Shown here in pieces: positions 59,537-64,000 of a stretch of 64,000 nt of DNA (the first letter of the stretch is position 1; the number at the start of each line of letters is the position of its first letter). Origin of the DNA: Longimicrobiales bacterium (GTDB taxonomy: Bacteria; Gemmatimonadota; Gemmatimonadetes; Longimicrobiales; Gaopeijiaceae). The translations under genes and the position numbers were made by a program. The stretch is taken from NCBI GenBank assembly GCA_951828585.1, contig OX639991.1:898576-962575 (forward strand). The letters run 5' to 3'. The notes beneath the pieces are model-generated. The model did not search any database, was not told the origin of the DNA, and saw only the letters and a program-made list of their open reading frames with translations.

Positions 59537-60250
59537 CTAGAAGTCCACCCGCGCCGACAGCACGAAGCTGCGGAACGGAGGGAGGTTGTAGTATTCCTGC
59601 CGGAACAGGACGTCGGCCGAACCGTCCTCGAAGGCCTCGGGGTCGACGCCTTCATAGTCGGTGAAGGTGAGCAGATTCCTGCCCTGCAACCGCACCGTGG
59701 CCGAGCGGAAACGCCCGGGGATCCACTCCTGCGGCAGCCGGTAGCTGAGCGACACGGAGCGGAGCTTGAAGAAGTCCGCCGGCTGCGTCCACATGCCGTA
59801 GCGGGTTACCGACGGGTCGCAGAGCGCCCGCTCGCCGGCCGTCAGCTGGTCGCGCCGACCATCGGAGATGGCCTGGTTAACGTCCCGGCAGGTCGGCCAG
59901 ACGCTCCGCCGCGCGTTCTGATACGCGGTCCCGGAGGAAAGCCAGTGTCCGCCCATCCCTTCGCCCACCATGTCCAGCGTGAGGCGCTGTCCGAGCGTCA
60001 GGGTGGTGTTGACGTTGTAGGTGCGGGTCGGTGTGGTCGAACCCAGGCATTGGGTCGCGTACCGCGGCGCCGCCACTTCGTCCGGGTTCTGCACGCGGTC
60101 GTGACAGAAGGCCGGCAGCGGGAAGTACACCAGCTCCCCGACTTCGCACCCCTGGCCGATGAAGCCGTTGCCGTCGAAGTCGGCCCCGTTCGACAATTCT
60201 TCGGTGCATTCCATAGGCGCCTGCACGTAGTTGCGCCAGCCGACGGGTGT
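59537..60250 (-). pseudogene. C-terminal fragment of a SusC-like TonB-dependent receptor
   Basis: Ends '..LFRQEYYNLPPFRSFVLSARVDF*' (terminal aromatic residue of the beta-barrel); 'FFKLRSVSLSYRLP', 'VRLQGRNLLTFTDYEGVDPE'. No plug or N-terminal barrel upstream. The 5' limit is approximate. Confidence 0.65.
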
Positions 60251-60647
60251 TCGGCGAACCGGAAGAAGTTGCGAAACTGCTACGCACAATTCCGGATGAT
60301 GAGCCTGCTGGTGCCGTGGGCGTGCCACCGCGCGACAGCTCAATCGATGTCGGCGGTTCTGACCGAAGCCACGGCCACATCCCATTCGCCGAGCCACTCG
60401 AAGAAGCAGCCAAACCGAATTGCTGCAAGAGCGGAACGTCTCTTCGAACCACCCGCGATCCTTACGCATCCACGCCGAAGACCGCGGCCTCGCAGCGCCG
60501 CGTCATCCAGCCGCTCCGACAATGGCCAAGTAACGGCCCCCGCCGTGCCTCGCTGTTGGCGACCGCTGAGAGACACGGCGATCTCACGGTGGCCGCGCCG
60601 AAGCTCGTACTTCAGATGCGGCAGCTCTCGAATTCTTCCTCATGGAC

Positions 60648-60655
60648 AACTTTCT
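60648..60655. repeat. ISL3 target-site duplication, left copy (AACTTTCT)
   Basis: Identical 8-mer at 62296-62303, immediately outside the IRs. Confidence 0.85.
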
Positions 60656-62295
60656 GGTTCTTCCCCTGTCGTGGTGGGCGGGCAAGGGGGAGGGTCGAAT
60701 TATGGGGCGGGTTGGCGGGCTTTCGCAACAGCGGCGGTGGGATGAGCGTGGGTGGAGAGAGTGGAACAGCGAGGATGTAGTAGACGACGGGAGGGGCGAT
60801 CCCCTTCGGCGAAGGCTGACGTGCCGCCGACCGGCCGGGGTGACCCTCTCGACCACTCCTCGCACAACGACTTGGTTGGGCGCGGAAGCCACCGGCGCTG
60901 GTGCTGAACGGGGAGGAGAGTAGCGGGTTGCCTTTCGGGATCGCGAGACTCGGAGGAAATTGCGTGGTCAGGCCGCGGAGCGCTCGCTCCCGGCAGGTGT
61001 CCACAACGAGACGGAAGGGAACTCGCAGACATGGCCGGAAGAGACTGGCTGGACGCCGTTCTGGGCCTGGGTCCGGAGTGGAAGGTCACGAGGGTGGAGC
61101 CGGCCCGGGACCCCAAGGAACTTCGGGTGGAGTTGCAACGGACCGGAGGGAGCCCGTTGAGGTGTCCTCACTGCGGCGAGGCGTGCCCGGGCTACGATAC
61201 GCGCCGCCGCGAGTGGCGGAACCTGGATGCCTGGGGCTACAAGACCTTTCTGGTCTGCAATGTCCCGCGGGTCCAGTGCCCGGAGCACGGGGTGGTCACG
61301 ATTCAGGTGCCGTGGGCGGAGGGGAGCACGAGGTACACGATGGAGTTCGAGGCGGAGGTGATCCGGTGGCTCAAGGTGGCGAGCGTACAGGCGGTCGCCA
61401 GCCGGATGCGGCTGAGCTGGAACGCGGTGGACGGAATCATGCAACGTGCAGTGGCGCGGGGACTTGCGCGCCGCAAGACGAAGGCGGTTCGGCGCCTTTC
61501 GGTGGACGAGACCTCGTTCCGCCGCCGGCACCAGTACGTGACCGTGGTGTCGAATCCGGAGACGGGCCACGTCGTGCATGTCGCCCCGGGACGGGGCAAG
61601 GACGTGCTCCTGGCGTTCTACGAGGGCATGGGAGAGAAGTACCGGGAGGCTGTCGAGAGCGTCAGCATGGACATGTGGGGGCCCTACATCTCGGCGACTC
61701 TGGCGATGATCCCGGACGCCGTGATGAAGATCGCGTTCGACCGGTTCCACGTGGCCAAGCACCTCGGCGACGCGGTGGACAAGGTCCGGCGGGCGGAGCA
61801 CCGGGCGCTGGTGAAGGAGGGCAACGGGATCCTCGTGGGCACCAAGTGGCAGTGGCTGAAGGGCCCCAGACGGAAGACGCACGCCGAAAAGCTGGCGTTC
61901 GCGAGGCTCCGTGCGGGCACCCGCCGGACCGCCCAGGCCTGGGAGCTGAAGGAAGCGGCCGCGAACCTCTGGAACTACCGGAGCAGAACCTGGGCGCTGG
62001 CCGGATGGCACCGGTGGCTGGAGTGGGCATCGGACTGCGATCTGGAGCCGGTCCTGAAAACCGCCCGGATGATCCGGGAGCATCTGTGGGGAATCGTCAA
62101 TGCGATCATCCTCCGCGCCACCAACGGACCGGCGGAAGGCATCAACAGCCGGATCAAGACAGTCAAGGTCCGCAGCCGCGGCTTTCGCAACCGGGAACGC
62201 TTCGCGAACGCCATCCTCTTCCACCTCGGCGGCCTCGACCTCTACCCCGATGGCCTGCGCACATGACCTGCTACCCACCAGAAAAGGGGAAGAAC
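60656..62295 (+). mobile_element. ISL3-family insertion sequence (1640 bp)
   Basis: IRL ggttcttcccctgtcgtggtggg (60656-60678). IRR reverse complement ggttcttccccttttctggtggg (62273-62295), 20/23 match. Perfect 8-bp TSD. Single transposase ORF. Confidence 0.88.
61031..62266 (+). CDS. ISL3-family transposase
   Basis: N-terminal zinc-ribbon 'CPHCGEACPGYD...CPEHG', 'LSVDETSFRRRHQYVTVV', 'SMDMWGPYI', 'NGPAEGINSRIKTVK'. Confidence 0.92.
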   Translation: MAGRDWLDAVLGLGPEWKVTRVEPARDPKELRVELQRTGGSPLRCPHCGEACPGYDTRRREWRNLDAWGYKTFLVCNVPRVQCPEHGVVTIQVPWAEGSTRYTMEFEAEVIRWLKVASVQAVASRMRLSWNAVDGIMQRAVARGLARRKTKAVRRLSVDETSFRRRHQYVTVVSNPETGHVVHVAPGRGKDVLLAFYEGMGEKYREAVESVSMDMWGPYISATLAMIPDAVMKIAFDRFHVAKHLGDAVDKVRRAEHRALVKEGNGILVGTKWQWLKGPRRKTHAEKLAFARLRAGTRRTAQAWELKEAAANLWNYRSRTWALAGWHRWLEWASDCDLEPVLKTARMIREHLWGIVNAIILRATNGPAEGINSRIKTVKVRSRGFRNRERFANAILFHLGGLDLYPDGLRT

Positions 62296-62303
62296 CAACT
62301 TTC
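62296..62303. repeat. ISL3 target-site duplication, right copy (AACTTTCT)
   Basis: See the left copy. Confidence 0.85.
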
Positions 62304-62445
62304 TTTGGCATCCTCTTGCCCTCCTCGTCTCACGGAGACCCATGGAGAGGGTGGAAGAGGGTGCCGCTACACCGCGTTCTCAGGCGCTCCTACCCCCTCC
62401 AAAGTGATCGGAATCACTGATCGGAATCCATCGGACTCCGCACAA

Positions 62446-63936
62446 TCATACCCCGCATTCGGCATCATCATCCTCAGAAACCACTGTTATATAGATGGAA
62501 TCGCTCGCGGTCCTGGCCCTAATATCAGTCACCGTCACTCGCAACCAACCGGAATCCATGACAGTGCCACTAGCTTGACTGGAAGTACCACCCAGGACCC
62601 CTGACCAACTATATGACACCCCCATCCCTCGGCCGCTCGCAGTCCACACACACTCCGCTTCCTCTTGCACAACCGTCGGCCCACTACCAATGTACACCGA
62701 AGGGTCGCCAAAGTCCGGCGAAACCCACAGGGCACCGAGCTCTCTTTCTATAGAACCCACAGGCGAAACCCAATTCGTCGTACTCGTCTCCAACCAACTC
62801 GCGATACCCGCAGCAAACTGAACACCCGTCAATACAACATACGATCCCACGGTCTTGTATATGACAGCGCCGCTTTGTCCTACACCGATTCCCTCACTCG
62901 TTATAATCTTATCGGGACAGCTGACGCCGTACCAGTTACCGTCATCACGCTGCGCCACGAACGCGTCAACACACGTACCGTCCACTCTCGCGTCAATGGC
63001 GTGCGTTGGACTGTGTGCCAACAGATACACGGATTCACCAGCGATATTGCTGCCTGCGCCATGAATTACACGTCCCCCCCTTAGCTCGCCCAACGCTATG
63101 TCGTCATAGCTGTCCACCCCAATCAAGGCAGCGTCAGACTCCCGACACAAGACTTCTTTATCCCAGACTAGGGGGCGCCTACGGACACAATTCTCAATAG
63201 TCCTGCCACCGGGGTCACTTATCTCCGCGCCTATTCGACTTCCATTGTAGATCCAAGTCCCCCCATCAAAATCATAGAATCTCTGTGTACAATGAGAAGG
63301 GACAACAAATACTGGAGCGCCGCCGTATAATGTTAGTGCGGTAAAACTGACTGAACACCCCCCTTGCCGACCTTCGCGGCGTGCAAAATCGCCACCGCGC
63401 ATCCGACCATCGGAGCCCGCAGATAACTGCCTTATTGGTAGGTTAGGTTGGCGGATTCGCATTCCACGCCCAACAGATGGTGATTCTCTAGAGAACGAAA
63501 TCATATCCGACGGGATTTGCAATGTGGTCGCCAACTCTTCCACACCTACGATAGCTGACATATCCTGCAAGGCAACGGCAATTTTGTTGTTCGCCTCGTC
63601 AACCGAAAGAGCGCTCACACCCGGGAGGGCGTACAAGTGAGGACGAAGGCGCGCACGGTGACGTGCTAAGTCAAGGAAAGAATACTTCACCACCCGCGCG
63701 ACAAACTCCAGAGGCGGAACATCGCCCATCGGAGCAAAATCAATTTGACCCGCCAGCATAGCCGAAACCGCTTTCGTCGCTTTCGGGAAAGCGTCGATAC
63801 TCTCCGCCGTCATCGCGATGATCAGACGATCATCGCCGGGCTCGTAATAGATTCCCGCAAACCCTGGGACCTCACGGGCAAGAGCTATCATGTGCCGACT
63901 CTCGCCAAGCTGATCGTCCGAGATGTAGTCTCCCAT
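62446..63936 (-). CDS. Alpha-lytic/streptogrisin-like (S1E-like) serine protease with a pro-domain and a C-terminal PKD-like domain; atypical active-site context
   Basis: Pro-region-like 'LSVDEANNKIAVALQD'. 'GGCSVSF...VVPSHC' (His), 'ESDAALIGV' (Asp), 'GVGQSGAVIY' (Ser; GQSGA rather than GDSGG). Markedly lower GC. The reading frame stays open upstream to the window end, so the true start may lie outside the window. Confidence 0.55.
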   Translation of the reverse strand: MGDYISDDQLGESRHMIALAREVPGFAGIYYEPGDDRLIIAMTAESIDAFPKATKAVSAMLAGQIDFAPMGDVPPLEFVARVVKYSFLDLARHRARLRPHLYALPGVSALSVDEANNKIAVALQDMSAIVGVEELATTLQIPSDMISFSRESPSVGRGMRIRQPNLPIRQLSAGSDGRMRGGDFARREGRQGGCSVSFTALTLYGGAPVFVVPSHCTQRFYDFDGGTWIYNGSRIGAEISDPGGRTIENCVRRRPLVWDKEVLCRESDAALIGVDSYDDIALGELRGGRVIHGAGSNIAGESVYLLAHSPTHAIDARVDGTCVDAFVAQRDDGNWYGVSCPDKIITSEGIGVGQSGAVIYKTVGSYVVLTGVQFAAGIASWLETSTTNWVSPVGSIERELGALWVSPDFGDPSVYIGSGPTVVQEEAECVWTASGRGMGVSYSWSGVLGGTSSQASGTVMDSGWLRVTVTDIRARTASDSIYITVVSEDDDAECGV

Positions 63937-64000
63937 CTCAGGACCAGGGACACTGTGCGGACCGGCTGGTGGTTCGTCACGACACCCATGACTGAGGACC

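Noticed and set aside
60250-60655. About 400 bp between the SusC fragment and the ISL3; the minus-strand ORF (60340..60576) was examined for integrase, IS66 or group II intron remnants
   Set aside because: I could not recognise a convincing motif in any frame, so the region is left unannotated.
62405-62428. Direct repeat tgatcggaatc x2 (13-bp period) downstream of the S1E-like protease gene
   Set aside because: Only two short copies exist, with no associated structure or gene. This is insufficient to interpret.

Overview
High-GC bacterial chromosomal segment (roughly two-thirds G+C, estimated by eye) with about 55 protein-coding genes. I found no rRNA, tRNA or CRISPR array by eye. The gene content suggests a Gemmatimonadota/FCB-type organism, which is inference only: SusC/SusD-like pairs, a GldA/F/G-type ABC operon with a DUF4340 gene, many secreted S9/S1 peptidases and lipoproteins, and an ECF sigma operon. 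Core genes include dnaE (TTG start), a family-5 uracil-DNA glycosylase, cyclophilin and parvulin PPIases, a 5'-3' exonuclease, a GH63-like hydrolase divergent from an SSF sugar symporter, and two tandem paralog pairs (alpha/beta hydrolases; DPP-IV-like S9 peptidases). Accessory content is abundant. (1) A 1.5 kb two-gene cassette (Pol-beta/AbiEii-like nucleotidyltransferase plus an unknown HTH-like protein) is bracketed by 54-bp direct repeats that duplicate the 3' end of the GH gene. (2) A compact, lower-GC three-gene operon at 36.1-37.7 kb (TIGR04255-like plus two unknowns) is my best candidate for an undescribed accessory or defence-like system. (3) An IS graveyard at 9.9-14.1 kb holds an IS91 remnant, an IS1380 remnant and an IS1182-like element with 22-bp IRs abutting lacZ. 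(4) An intact ISL3 element has 23-bp IRs and a perfect 8-bp TSD. (5) A lower-GC terminal island carries an atypical S1E-like protease. Two single-base homopolymer frameshifts are directly visible, in GH2 lacZ and in the middle of a beta-lactamase-family gene, and a third is inferred at that gene's start. They could be assembly errors or real decay. A recurrent AT-rich TTACAT/ATGTAA palindrome marks three intergenic islands. All family assignments come from motif recognition by eye and need HMM or BLAST confirmation.
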